From assembly GCA_964187785.1 (NCBI GenBank), contig OZ076411.1:80476001-80540000 (forward strand): a stretch of 64,000 bases of DNA. Direction: 5' to 3'. Positions 24,540-37,000 of this stretch are shown piece after piece. The position numbers were made by a program, and so were the translations under genes. The notes below the pieces were generated by a model, which made no database searches, was not told the DNA's origin, and worked only from the letters and a program-made list of their open reading frames with translations. The DNA is from Amphiscolops sp. MND2022 (lineage: Eukaryota). The stretch's first letter is position 1. Each line of letters opens with the position of its first letter.

Positions 24540-25743
24540 GGATTCTGGGGGAAGAGTGTTCATTTGATGCCCATAACGATCGAGGTTATTGACACTATGG
24601 AGACGTAAACCCTGTGGTGGAGGGCTATTTCTAAATTCTGATCTGTAAAGTGATCACCTAGCATAGCATATCAAGCCGGTAACAAGTATCGTTCGGGATC
24701 ATATATGGGCAAGTGAATTCTTGTAATGCGATTTCGGTGAAGCTGGTGCGTCAAATAGCTGGTGGGTTAGACACGCGTGTAAGACCTCATGCAACAACGG
24801 ATGTCTAGTGGAAGCTCTGGTACACAAAAGAAAAATTTCATTGCTCCTGGGTGCGGTTGGCGAGCCAACCAGGTGCACAGCTGTACCGACTGCCGGTCCC
24901 AATCGGAATTTGTTTTCCTGTCCATATTCGCGAATAACATACCGAGCAGTCGCTGAGTAAGACACTAAATCCGCTGGACAGCACAACACTGCAGTGTCGG
25001 GTGCTTGCAGAATAATCGTGTTATCGTAGGTTATCCATGGCAAGTAATTTGGCCGAGTTTTTGGCTGCGTTATCAGCCATTTGTCCGTGGCACTGCTATG
25101 ATCGTCAGTTGGGTGAGGCGTTAAGTATTCGAAAATCGCTCTGCGGTCCTGCCATACCGTACGACGCAAGAGTCGGTCGCCCATGTTGGTGCATGACCAA
25201 TCGTGCACTACTGAGAGTGCCCCGAGCACCGGGCGTGTAGGTCTGCTGGTCCAGGACGCGTATTTTTGCTTGTCGACAGAAAAAGATTGCTGATAATTGC
25301 AACCAATGTTAACTCAGGAATTTTCCACGATAGATATCTGCCAGGTAGAAGCAGAGGGTGTCTTCGGCTTCAACTACTGTGCGTAAGCTCTCTAGACACA
25401 TCAACAGTGCAGTGGGTGATACGAGCGTTGTTTCATTGGAGGAAGTGACTAATAGCCACCAACCTTGGGTAGGTCGGTATATATCTCCTAGAGGGGAAGT
25501 AACATGGTACTTTTCCCACAGCTGATGTGCGCTTATGCAGCGAATGAACTCTTTTTTGCCGACTTCACTACTCTTTTTGCCAAATACTATGGAAGGTGGT
25601 AAAGGAGGTATGACGGCGGATAACGTGAATTCTAGACCGCCTCGGTCATGTTGTGTCCATTCTTTGAAATGGTAATTGGGGCAGTCTGACGGGGGGTGTC
25701 GTGCATTGCTTTCAGTGTGATTTCTAGTTATGGTAAGTTCCAC
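24540..25743 (-). pseudogene. Tandem macrodomain-like (TARG1-type) pair of E2
   Basis: ORF 25309-25743 (FKEWTQH..LLMCLESLRT..LCFYLADIYRGK) and ORF 24699-25229 (ITYDNTIILQAPDTAVLCCPADL..EIFLLCTRASTRHPLLHEVLHACL), continuing EIHLPIYDPER..AMLGDHFTDQNLEIALH. Homologous to the E1 repeat unit. Confidence 0.65.
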
Positions 25744-26009
25744 GCTGACGTAAGTTTTTTTACAGTTTTAATAATGTCTTGCACAATCGGAGAGGGTCCA
25801 AGTTCTTGTCGTCGGTTTTGAATAGTTAGAACTTTATGTTGAAAGTGTTCAGGAGCTCGCGCTATTGAGAGTTCACGGGCGGGGATTGCCGCTCCCCGGG
25901 CTAATCGATGGTCCGGTGGTCCATTACCGACTAGCTGAACCCAACTGCAGTTGCGGGAACCACATGTTCCACACTTATACCTCTTTGCTCTCAGCTGGTA
26001 GCGTGGCAC
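25728..26009 (-). pseudogene. Cys-rich (CxxC-x4-C) motif segment upstream of the macrodomains
   Basis: PRYQLRAKRYKCGTCGSRNCSW, conserved with E1 ~870-940. Confidence 0.55.
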
Positions 26010-26849
26010 ATACGATGAAATGCCCTCTTCCGCGCCAGGCTGATCCTGTGACTAATTTTCTGGGATAGTGTCATGGCTCTATCCAGGGTTCGGGGAGGAG
26101 CTCTAGTGCTGACTCTGGTCATTGGGCCTCTTCTTAACATTGGGCAGTCAGTTCTCTGGAAGATGTTGTGGACCTGCTTGGGGATGTTGTGTGCTCCCTT
26201 CTGCAACCAGGTGATCTACCTCGTGATCGTCCCCTCCTGTCTGAGGTGTTAGACCGTCCAGGCGATTGGTTCGGATTTGGATTCTGGGCTCCGCTCTCCC
26301 TGTGGGCTCCTTCTGGCTGTTCTGCTTCAAGCAAGGGTTCCGGACCGCTTGGGCTCTCAGTCCGGGGACCGACTAAGGGAAAGTTGTTAGAGTGTCCTTC
26401 AGGGATGGGTTGGACAATAGCGAGGCAGATGTTCCCGAGGGTGATGGTATTAGACTCCTTGTTGGTGTCTCTGGTTGAAGTTCTTCTTCGTCTGAGACTA
26501 GCGGCTCTAGGTCATCCAATTCAGCGAACACTACCTACGGGCGGGGCTGGGTCCAAGATTGGTTGTTCTGTCACTTCATGTTCTGGTTCCTAGTCGGAGG
26601 GACATCCAAAGTTACTGAATCTTCGTCGTGGCAACCCTGGTTCAAAGGCTGTCTGTGTGCGAGTTTCAATAGTTCGCGGTGGAACCGCTCTGGTTGGTTC
26701 TAGTTCGAACGATGCCTCTGGCAGCTGCTCTGGTAGGACAGAATCCCGGGAAATGTCCGAAGTGATTTCTTCATGACTCTCTTCTACATACGTGTCGTCT
26801 ATGATGGCTACGTTCTGGTCCAGCACAAAGGGCTGATGTGCTGCCCAAT

Positions 26850-27500
26850 CATAAGGGGCGGGTACGTGCTTCTTCAATCTCTCAAACTGAACCTTTAAAA
26901 CCTGAGTCTAGCACAAAGAGGCGTCCGTCGTGGAGTACCTCGCTTACTTTGTGATGCCAGCGCCTTTCGCGAATCAATTTGAGGGTGCCGCTTTTAGGTA
27001 TTATGTGGCAAAATACCCAGACTGCGTCGCCAACGGCGTGTGCTTCAGCTTTGAGGTGACGGTCAAATTTCAGTTTCTGCCTTAATTGTGACTGGTGGGT
27101 ATTCCCGCGGACTAACTCATGAGTTTCTTGTTGCCCGGCTAATAGGTGCTCTACGAACTTTTCTTTGGAGTCGAAACCTCGCGCTGCGAACTCAGGGTAG
27201 AGCTGAGCGATAGTGGAATCGACTTTTCTGCCCCATGTTGGATTAGATAGGGTGAAAACCCTGTAGTTGCATGTCGGGTTGAGTTGTAGGCGTCTAGGAC
27301 TCCATCAATGTGTTCATCCCAATCTTGCATCCTACGCGACGTATAGACTCGGAGCAGGGTAAGCAACTTCCTGTTCTGCCTCTCTACGAGTCCATTGCCT
27401 CTGGGGTGCGTAGGGGTGGACGTCACTTTAGTTACAATGTCAATAAACACGTCCTCGCACCCACTGCATACGCGTGTTTACAGCCAAAAGGTTGCACCTA
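26850..27500 (-). pseudogene. int: Ty3/Gypsy integrase, catalytic C-terminal half and C-terminal domain
   Basis: HPRGNGLVERQNRKLL..DWDEHIDGVLDAYNSTRHATTGFSPY, then VLHDGRLFVLDSGFKVQFERLKKH. Confidence 0.92.
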
Positions 27501-27504
27501 GGTG

Positions 27505-27670
27505 ACTTTGGTAGCAGTTGGGAGGCAAGTTTCGATTTTTAATTTTTTGTCTCTTAGTCTCGCAGAGTGTTTTTTCAGAGACTCACGATCTTGGGGCCGG
27601 TTCAGCGCTAATCCAAACGGTTCAAAAGAGGGGGGATGTCTGGAGTACAAAAGGAGTCTTTTGGACCCAT
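27505..27670 (-). pseudogene. gag: Probable gag N-terminus joined directly to mid-integrase (deletion junction ~27505)
   Basis: ATG at 27670 (MGPK...) and a basic frame RESLKKHSARLRDKKLKIE that ends where the integrase LGATF motif begins. Confidence 0.45.
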
Positions 27671-29696
27671 TGCTAGTTTGTACTGAGACAAAAAGTGCGC
27701 AATTTTTCGTTCAAGTTTCACGGTTATTTTTTGTCGATCGGCAGCTCCGAGATGAGTGAAAATTTCAATCTAGCGCTAGTAGCGACCTGAAAACTTTACA
27801 AGGTATACTACAGTAGCCAAATCGTGGGGAATTAACCTCCGATTGCACCAAAATGGTTTCAATGTGAAATGCGGTCACTTAACAATGTTCACTGAAAATG
27901 TGACTTTGTCGTGAAATTCACAAAAGTTAGTCAAACTCGCCTTCTAGGCGTCCTAGGTACCTGAACTTTTGTATGCGACTGTAAAGTATACCCGCGTAAC
28001 AGAAAAGCTTGGCGGCGAGGTGCCTGGATGAACAACTGGCGGTTCGGTGTGACAAAACTTTGTTGTACCTGAGGTACCTTTTTTTGGGGTCAAAATTCAC
28101 AAAAAATATTACTTTTTCAGCCTTTTCTAGCCGCTGGCCGCTCAAATTGCATATATCGTCGGCATTTAGTGCCACGTATGCGAGAAGACAAGAATTTAGG
28201 TGCTGGGATATCTCGGAGATATCACACATTGCTCAACTAAAATTCCGTTTCCTTTGGCAATTTTATGCACTTTCCGAGCAAAACTGCGGTTAAGATTTTT
28301 CCACAAGTGTTGCCAGTAGCGCCACCAAAATCACGCTATTGCGTAACTTTTTGCGTTTTATACGATGGTGCAATCCGTTTTTGGCTTTTCCTGCTAGGAC
28401 AGATTTTGACTTGTCGAAAGTATGTGGTTGCCGAATTCCCAAAATGTTGCAAAATTCTCGGCAACCACTGTTCGGAATCACTCGCAGTTTTCTGCGTTAA
28501 CAACGTTATGCTTTATATTAGCAGAAAACAGGCAAGCGAAACCTGGTGGATCCCAAACGGGGTCTCTCAAAAATTTTTCAGATTGCACTTTTTAAACTAT
28601 CGTAACAGTACTGAAAATGCGTATTTTCGCCAAGAACTTGCTGTTTCTTTGTTCTCAGGCGTTCCGAATGGTTCTATCAGCAGCGTAAGAATGTGTAACA
28701 TTTTTGTATAGGGGACTGGGTGATTTGATTGATTAGTTTACTTTCAATAACACTCAGGCCCATGGGGTCCTTCGCTCAGGTCTATTAGTAACAAAAGAAA
28801 GGGCGGGATTGCTAAAAACTGTGTTGGTAGTAGTGTTTTGTACTACCAAGTTCAACTTTAAAGCTTTTGGGTTGCTCAAAAAACCTGGGGACTAATGCCC
28901 AAGATTTCGCCCGTGCCGGTCTTTTGACGATTTTTCAACAAAAATTGCAGAATTTTTTGCGATTTTTTCTGAATTTAGCCCAACAAAAGGTTTTGTTCCT
29001 AACCTAGTAGGTCTGTTGGAACGTTATTTTAGTATTCCAATTGGCCGTGCACGGTTCAATAAATATTTGATTTTCAAAGTTGTAAATCGAGATTTGAGCA
29101 ATAAATGGTGTTTTTTTCGAGGTTTTTGCGCTCAAATTTTTCAACAACTGGTCTGAACTCCCGCTGGGTATTGTTTCCAGTTAATTTACGTGGGAACAGG
29201 CCTGGAAATAGTCCTTTTGGGCTATTATTTACAAGGGAAACGAAATAACCTAGCTGCGTCGTAGATTCGGCAGTTGAAGGGGAGGTGTTGGCTGCGACGT
29301 AAAGGACCTGACGTCTTGCACTCAGCTAGCTGGGGTCTTCACGGGTCGTCCTCTCAGTCCCTTTGCATTGCCAATTACCTGAAAGGGCTGAAAAACCCGT
29401 TAAAACACGTTCCGGAAAAGCCGGAATAGCGTTTTCAGCTAGAACAGTTAAGGAAAAAGGGGTACACTGTCTGAATCTATCTATTTCAGGTTCTAGACCT
29501 CGGAAACATGCAGGAAACGCAGGAAACGCACTAGTAAAAGGCCCAATGGGCCAAAAAAGACAATAAAATTAATCTAGGACCCTCCAAAAAGCTTCTCCTA
29601 GATCCGCACATAACAGGGCCGGAAAGCAGGAGTTGCTCTTACTTGGACGTAGAATGAAAAATATCCCTCTGTGGTCGCAATAAAAACTATTCCAGA

Positions 29697-30324
29697 TGTA
29701 ACGTCTGGCTAGCGGCGCACATCTAGAAAGAAGGAAAAAGCCTGGGGTGCTTAAGCAGGAGACCGTTGTCGTACTACATTCCTAGACACTAGTCTTTATT
29801 CCCAAAATGGTCTCCTAGGGGGACTTTTCTTTCGTCTAAGGAGGCGCCTCTAGTTAGAGCTGCGAGGCGATGTGCCGGCACTCTCAAAATCCAGACACGG
29901 CCCACAAGCTTGTAAAAACGATTCCCAAGACTTCTAGCGTGTTTCCGCAACCTCGTACACATCTTCCAAACAGTCCGTAGTCAGTAAGAATTAGTGAGGA
30001 TAGGCCCCAATAAGGGATACAGTTACAGTTTGGTGTCGATCATTGGATTCTCGCCTTTGGCATTGTTCCGTCTTTTCGGGCACTTTCCCAGAGAGAGGGC
30101 ACAACACTCTGGTTGTTCTGTATTTTCCGAAATCTTCTTGTTCTTCTTCATGCTCGTCTTCTCTGATCTCTTTATCTTGTTCTTTTTTGCTCTGTCTCCG
30201 CGTGGATTCTCTTTTCGTTCAATTTCCCGCACCTGCTAGGTCTGTCATTTTTATTGTACAATTTTGATATTGCACGTTTTGCATTTTTCATTGAAGTTTC
30301 GTCATGCCAATGGCTGACGTTACA
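29697..30324 (-). repeat. LTR (628 bp), acting as 5' LTR of E2 and 3' LTR of an upstream copy
   Basis: Perfect TGTAACGT...ACGTTACA ends. PBS-like TC-TGGAATAG on one side and PPT (minus GGGGAGGA) on the other. Confidence 0.88.
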
Positions 30325-31031
30325 TCCTCCCCGGGCCGTAGTTTGTCATCCTCGACAAACGATAGGATGCTCGCACCCAGAGGGTACTTGCGATGGTGAG
30401 AATTAACTTAGTATCTGGACAGAGTTTCATCAACCTCACATTATTTTTTCCTAGCATCTTTTTCGCAAAAAGGCTAGCAAACTCAAGCAAACTCAAAAGG
30501 CACCTGATAAAATTGGAAGAAACGCGACAGTCAGTTTAAGATTTCTTTTACAGTCTTTCCAATCTAGGTTAAAATGTCTGTTCTAAAATGGGCCCCTGCG
30601 CGGCCAAAATAACGACAACGATTTGGTCATGGTAACAATGTTGAAATATTGATTTGAGGAAGGTGGGCACCGACTCGGGACCCGCCCATCAGACACAAAT
30701 GAACTAAAGATCACGCGGATACCTTCAAAACATAGTGCGTACCGCTCAAAATATAATATTTAGCACTAAACTAAACTAACGGATGTTTTATAGCACAGAT
30801 TTTTCATCAGCACCACGTAAACAGAAATTGGTTGTAACACTTCAGTAAGTAGCTTGTTTTGTTAGTTTCATCGAGTGGAAGTCGTTCGGTTAACATTCTC
30901 ATTCCTCAGGGTGATCACATGGTAGATCTTGAATACATGTCGTAGCCGCTGGCTCTAGATTCGTGGAGGGGGCTGTCACCATGGAAGGGTACGGGCCAAA
31001 ATGGTCTATTGTTAGGAGGTTGTTCAGTTCC
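30325..31031 (-). mobile_element. PPT and 3' UTR of a second, truncated copy of the E2 family
   Basis: Direct repeat of 20248-20942. Similarity ends abruptly at CAGTTCC. Confidence 0.9.
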
Positions 31032-31209
31032 AAGGCGTAGAGAGCATCGACAAGAAACTTACCAACTACCTAAAATTAACAAGACGCCCGCTATGCACCG
31101 GTATATATTCTGCTTTCAATTGGCTTACAATAGACACTTAATCAAAATTTTCCCTCCTCCTTAGTAGAACACAATATTGAAAACTAACTAAAATAGTATA
31201 TTAAGTAGT

Positions 31210-31370
31210 AACAATAAAAAGACAATATTAAAACAAAAATACAACAACAATTAAAATCAAATATTAAATAGTAACCAGAATAGTCAAATCACTTAGTTAC
31301 TTGACTTAGTTACTTAGTTACTTTACTTCGATACTTGACTATTTTAGTTACATAACTATCTTAGTTAGAT
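31210..31370. repeat. Low-complexity A-rich and (TTAGTTAC)n-like tract
   Basis: Degenerate TTAGTTAC/TTGAC repeats at ~31290-31370. Confidence 0.7.
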
Positions 31371-33135
31371 GGATGGAGATCGTGAAGATTTGACAGTATT
31401 TGGAAAAAAACCGCAACACAGATTATGATTTTGCTCCCCATTTTATGTGGGCAGAAATTAATATGGTGATAGGCCAATGAATTAAACGTTGCTATTATAT
31501 TAAACCGTTCACATGTTGATTTGTATTATAAAAGTCTGATGAGTGGGGGTATGTGAGTGTCTATCGCTCATATTTATTGAACCTATATGTAATGACAGCA
31601 TAGTACTTGTCCACTACTCGACCGTGATTTCGTCCCTAAATGATAACAGCGATTTTTTCGGCAATCCGGCTCTCACCTCAACAAGTGGAACCAACTGCCA
31701 GCCTACCCTTGTTGAAACTACTTGAACTTTTTGCATGTACTTTAATGTTGCCAGCAACTTTTAATATGATTTTCTAAAACTCTTACGGAAACTTTCATGC
31801 GAAAATTTGTCCCTGTTGTATTTAACTTTTATTAAGCTGCTTAAAAGATTCATCGAAGTTTTGGCGGCAATTTTAAGCCTTGAGGTTTTGCAGGTTTCAT
31901 TAAGCAGCAGTTATAATTTTGAAAGCAAATAAGGCGCTATCAATTTTACCGCTAAATCAATGCAAAGTAACTTCAGTCGCATAATAAACTGTAAGTTAGC
32001 GTCATGTCTAGCGTGCTATTTGAGAAGCGGTGATCACATCAGATGAGTAGTTGAGAAAACTACGTGTGAATACAAAAAGATCGTGTCAGTAATTTAGTGT
32101 ATTTTATTTTCAAATTTAATTTCAATAGTGGAAAATGCAGTGTAATTGTACATGATTGACCAACCGAGGTTCTCTGAATTTTCTAGGTTTTATAAAAAAT
32201 TACCCTGCATGCATGCCTGCAGCATGTAAAAAGTTCCTGCAGCTTCAATTAGGGTAACAGTGTGCATTTGAAAGGTTAGGTAACTGGCTTTCAGGTGCAG
32301 AAACCTGATTTAGGCGGCGATATTTTTCGTAGAGAATTGAAGCTTTAAAAAAATTCCAGAATTTTATCATTTTTGCAACTTTTCTGTGTACTGCCGACGC
32401 TAAGTTCATTAGAAAACTTGATCTTTTCACTTTACACTTGCCTTTACTGTTCAGAATATGCTTACCGGCAAAAGTTCTGGCCCTGGCTAAATAAGTGGCA
32501 CTTCTTCAGAGTGTTTACATAAATTTAAAAACTTTAAATTTGCTTATACATACAGTGCCTACATATCAAACAGGTTCTCAATAATGTTTCAGAATTTTTT
32601 TCTCGGGAATTTGAGAAATGATGGAAACTTCGTATTTGTCCAATTTGACCGTATATAGAATCCCATCAAGCTGCAATATCATCAGTATTAGCATCAACAG
32701 TATACAACTCTTCAAATTTAGGTCAATTTCCTCTGAATCAAAACTGTATAAGGAAAATTTATTGCACCAAAAACGTTGAAACCATTTAGCACCCAGCTAA
32801 AAAAATGATCTATACTACCATGTGAGGTTAGACAACAAGCTTGTGAAAGCAGCTTGGAATACACATACCGAAACAGCTTGTGAAACAGCACGATAGCGTA
32901 TCAATCAACTCACGAAAGACGTGAAAAAATTCTAAAACCAAACGGAGAAATTACTGATCGATGTCAAAGTCTTCGCACGACGAGGCCGAGGCCGAAGCCG
33001 ACGCCACCTGTTACCACCACTACGAATCCACCTATAAGGATTCCAACTACAGACAACACATGTGTACCAGTCCACGGATATAGCCAATTGCTGGAAGCCC
33101 ACTTCATATCCGTCAGGCGGGGAATTCATCCACTA

Positions 33136-33506
33136 CTGGGTGAACCAAAAAAAACGGAGCGTTCAAAAATTTTTGTGCTCTCAAAATGTCAAATATTTGT
33201 TAACAAAATGTGCCAAAACAATTTTGAACGCTTAAAATCAGCTTGTCAATCAATCAATTTGACAACAGTGCTTTCACACATTCGAGTGCCAAAGAACTTT
33301 CACACATCAGAAGTGCAAACAAAATGACTGGTAAATATGTCTAGGCTTTCTTGAAGGGCTTGAAAAATGCCTATTTAATCATGTGATCACGTAATGAAAG
33401 CTTCATTTTGAATACTTGACGCAGTGAAAACGCCTTGTTTACTACAAATATGACAATTTCGAGGAGTGAAAAAGTTTAAGCGTTCCGTTTTTTTTGGTTC
33501 ACCTGG
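33136..33506. mobile_element. Tc1/mariner-type MITE (371 bp)
   Basis: TIRs CTGGGTGAACCAAAAAAAACGGAGCG / CGTTCCGTTTTTTTTGGTTCACCTGG, flanked by TA at 33134-33135 and 33507-33508. No ORF. Confidence 0.8.
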
Positions 33507-34090
33507 TACAATTTTTAGTCAGCGAATGTCTAGTCTACAATTTTTAGAAAAAAGCGACTGTAGTCATGGCTTTCCGTCAGTTATTCCTCCTTAGATTTTC
33601 AGCAGAAGCAGAGCGTTTGCGAGCACTGATGGCCACGTTTCCGGCTTTTTGTGACTTAACGAAGTAAACACATTTTGAAAAAAAATCAAGGAAAAGTATT
33701 CGTAAAGTTTTCATGACACCTTTTGGATTTTGAGATTTTTCGTGAAGGAAGCATGTTTCCCGAGTTTTGAGGGTGACCTCTTTAAGCTTTTTTCGAAACT
33801 TTCATTTCGTCAGAAGGTGCCCCCTTCACTTCCATACTTGATTTCGACTTGGGGAAAAGTACGTTTGCGAGCTGAGCGTTCCTTTTTCGGCACGATGAGT
33901 CTTTCCGAAAAAAAGTCGAAAAAATAATTTCCGAAAAACGGATTTTTTTCCAGCTGGGGAAAGGGGCTCTTTTTTCTTTCCCCGCGCTTTTTGAAGAAAA
34001 CAAACTCATTATAAAGGATTATATTTGACTATATCATTCAATATTTCTTCAAATAAGTCGTTTCTTTTGTTTTGTTGTCTCTACACTATT

Positions 34091-37000
34091 AGTAGTAATA
34101 TGAGAGCCGATCAGACAGGGGGTAGGGGACCCCAATGTATTAAGATAGGGCCTAGATCCAGATCCAGGCGAGTAGTTGGTTGTTATATACGAGGGTCCCC
34201 AGGACGGGGGGGGGTCCAAAAAAAAATTTTTTTTTCGACCCAACGGAATTTCCGAGGAAATAAATGAGTCACACGCTCAATCCCGAAAATTTTTGAAATC
34301 CGGGGAAAAAATCTTCGAAAAAGTACATACACCCCCCTGATCTCCACATGCAAAATTTCGAAAAATCGAAAAATTTGAAAAAGGCTTATAAATGATCTGA
34401 AACATTCGAAAATTTGATGAAACGTGTTTCAAGCATCACAAATATTTGAAAAAATGAATGGAAAAATTCCATTGGACATTTTGACAGGACATCAAAAAAT
34501 TGGAAGTCCATGGGAAAATATTTCCATGGTCGACACTTTTAGTCTTTTGAATATTTCTCACACAGTTGAGAAAAACTTAAATTGACCACTGAAGACAAAT
34601 CCAAAAAAAACTGGTACATCAGGAATGACTATGACAAAAGACCGCAAAAATTCCAGAGTGTCATTACATTGAAAACTAATAGCAACTATTGAGTCACTGG
34701 ACGAAGTGATGTTGTGTTGCATTATGCGGATTAATATATGAAAGGAAACAGTCCTATACAGGAAACACAAAGAGCAGATGGCGTTCAAACAATTATCTTT
34801 ACAAAGATGACTTCAATAACATGGAGAAATATTTTTAATATTAGAAAACTCCTTGATTCTGGATATGCATTTCAATATACGGATGAGCAAATATCAGACA
34901 CACGGGAGCCCTCCGATTTTCGTCTACAGCTTTTGGGTGTTTTCTATAGACCGCAATAAAAGTCTGAATATAGCACCAAATGTGTCCAGTCACTTTCTAA
35001 ATGAAACAATAAACGACTATTCTAGGCACGTTTGTTATTCCAATGCAACGATTTAAAAATTATCATTAGTTGAGTATGAAGCAAGCATTACAAGGATTTA
35101 CGTATGTTTCAAATATTTCAGTAGATACTTCTTTTTGTTGAGAGTACATTGAATATTTTTTAATTGTAGCCTATCTTTCATACAAAATCAGCTCCATGTA
35201 ATGTTTTGAAGGTACTTTCAAGACACTTTCATTTCGGGGACACTGTTCCTGTTAATGTTACAAGAATGCCGGTGAAACGATGAATCACAATCAGATTCAG
35301 TTCGACTACACAACCAGTTTTACTACTTTGCTCGAAAAGTGAAACACGCTTATGAAAGGTAATCATAAAATTCATTTGTTGACCTGTTAAATCATCCACT
35401 TCAAGGGAAAAAGATTATCATTGATAGTTAATTGAATCAAAGATGTGTTTAATTTCAACAAGTTACGCCCAAAATACACTGCACAAGACATAGTAAAGAA
35501 CTAGTTCCAATTGAAAATTTTCGTATCGACAACACGAGATTTCCAGCTAGCACTTAATTCACTACATTTATCTACCCGGGTGGAAATAATTTTGATTAAT
35601 CGAACAGCGATGACTGTAAGTGAATACTGTTCGAGGTTTATCAACTTAAACCCATGAAATTCAATTGTTTTGACATGAATATTGAGACGTCATAATCAAA
35701 CATGAATGAAAATGTTTTTAGAAACAATTCCTACCAATAATCTCAAATTGGAATGACACATAAAAAATGAATTTCAGCTAAAATTACGAGCATGTTTTTT
35801 TACATACGGCATGCGAATCCGATATAATCCAGGTCTCAAGTTCCAAAGTCCGAGAAGAAAATGAATATAAACAAAATCGAGGATTAAATATACGAAAGCG
35901 GCAAATTGCAGACAATATAACCACCAAACAAAAGCACTACACCATAGTTAAGAAGTTGATTAGGATTAAACGTGGTATATTTTAACCAAATAAGGTTTCA
36001 TAATACTCCACTGACAAACAATACTGTCGATCAGATCGTATTCTAATATTTTTCTGTATACACCTGGAGTTACTTTTACTAGCGCTATATCCTAAAAAGC
36101 ACACGCATTACAAATGATAACATTGACATGACAGTAAATTTGAGTCTTTAAGTTTGAACGAAGTCATCTTTAGAAACAACTGCTCACTGGGACAGAAAAT
36201 GAAGTACATTTACAATCACAAAAACAAAGTTAATAGCTTATTGTTCTTGAATGCGATTCAACTGATCGTTTTAGCATCGTGCAATTTCGGTGCAATGCTG
36301 TACTTGCAGAAAAAGCACCCTAGATTCTCATATATCCAAAGGATCTGTGTGGATTCCGTCTGAATGCAGTTTACGCTTCGGGTAAAAATATGATAAACCT
36401 TTCTTGGATTGTTCGTAAGATAAACGGCATGGTTTCGCACCCTGAACCCTCGATTAATCGATCCAATATCCGAAACGTCATCCAAAACTTTTCTGTATTT
36501 CTGGAGAGGACCGTCTGATGACTCATTCAAAAAGTGCTTGTTTAAACCCTTACTGCTGAACTTCGTTTTCTTGGTTTGTGAATCATAGCAACAATGTTTT
36601 GCTACACAAGCAAATCATTTCTGTTGCACGGAACTCTTCCTTGAATAAGCCGGGCTCTCGTTTGTCAAGCTGAGAGTGGGTAGAGCAACATGTTCGAGGG
36701 AAGAAGTTACTCAAACTGTCTGCCTCAAAGTTATTACAACAGTCCTCTTTTCTGATGTCTGACCACTCTTCGAGTTTATCTTGTCTGATACAATCAGTAA
36801 TGTCGTTCTCTGCTAAGGCTAAATAGAGAGAGTCTGTATCCATTTCCAATTCCTCGAACTTGCTTTCGTCACAGTACTGCTTGAAGAAGTTATAATAAAG
36901 CTCCAACATTCTGAGCTTAGCGTATTGAAGAATGAAGAAGCCTACAATTATCGGTTCCCGATGTTCTATTTCGGCTTTGACTAGCTCCACTTCATAAACT

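Larger units (their letters stand above)
19576..30324 (-). mobile_element. Ty3/Gypsy LTR retrotransposon E2, internally deleted (non-autonomous), accessory cassette retained
   Basis: Bounded by related LTRs (19576-20247, 29697-30324). PPT (minus-strand GGGGAGGA) abuts the left LTR. TGG lies 2 nt inside the right LTR. Integrase core/C-terminus at 26850-27500. No PR/RT/RH motifs found. Confidence 0.85.

Noticed and set aside
32985-33135. Pro/Thr-rich open frame (TTRPRPKPTPPVTTTTNPP...) as a host exon
   Set aside because: Short, no clear splice sites or partner exons, and cut by the MITE; it cannot be supported.
34600-35900. Integrase, ATPase or capsid gene in the outer arm of the Polinton
   Set aside because: Only short broken frames. 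No DDE, Walker A/B, cysteine-protease or jelly-roll motifs recognised.
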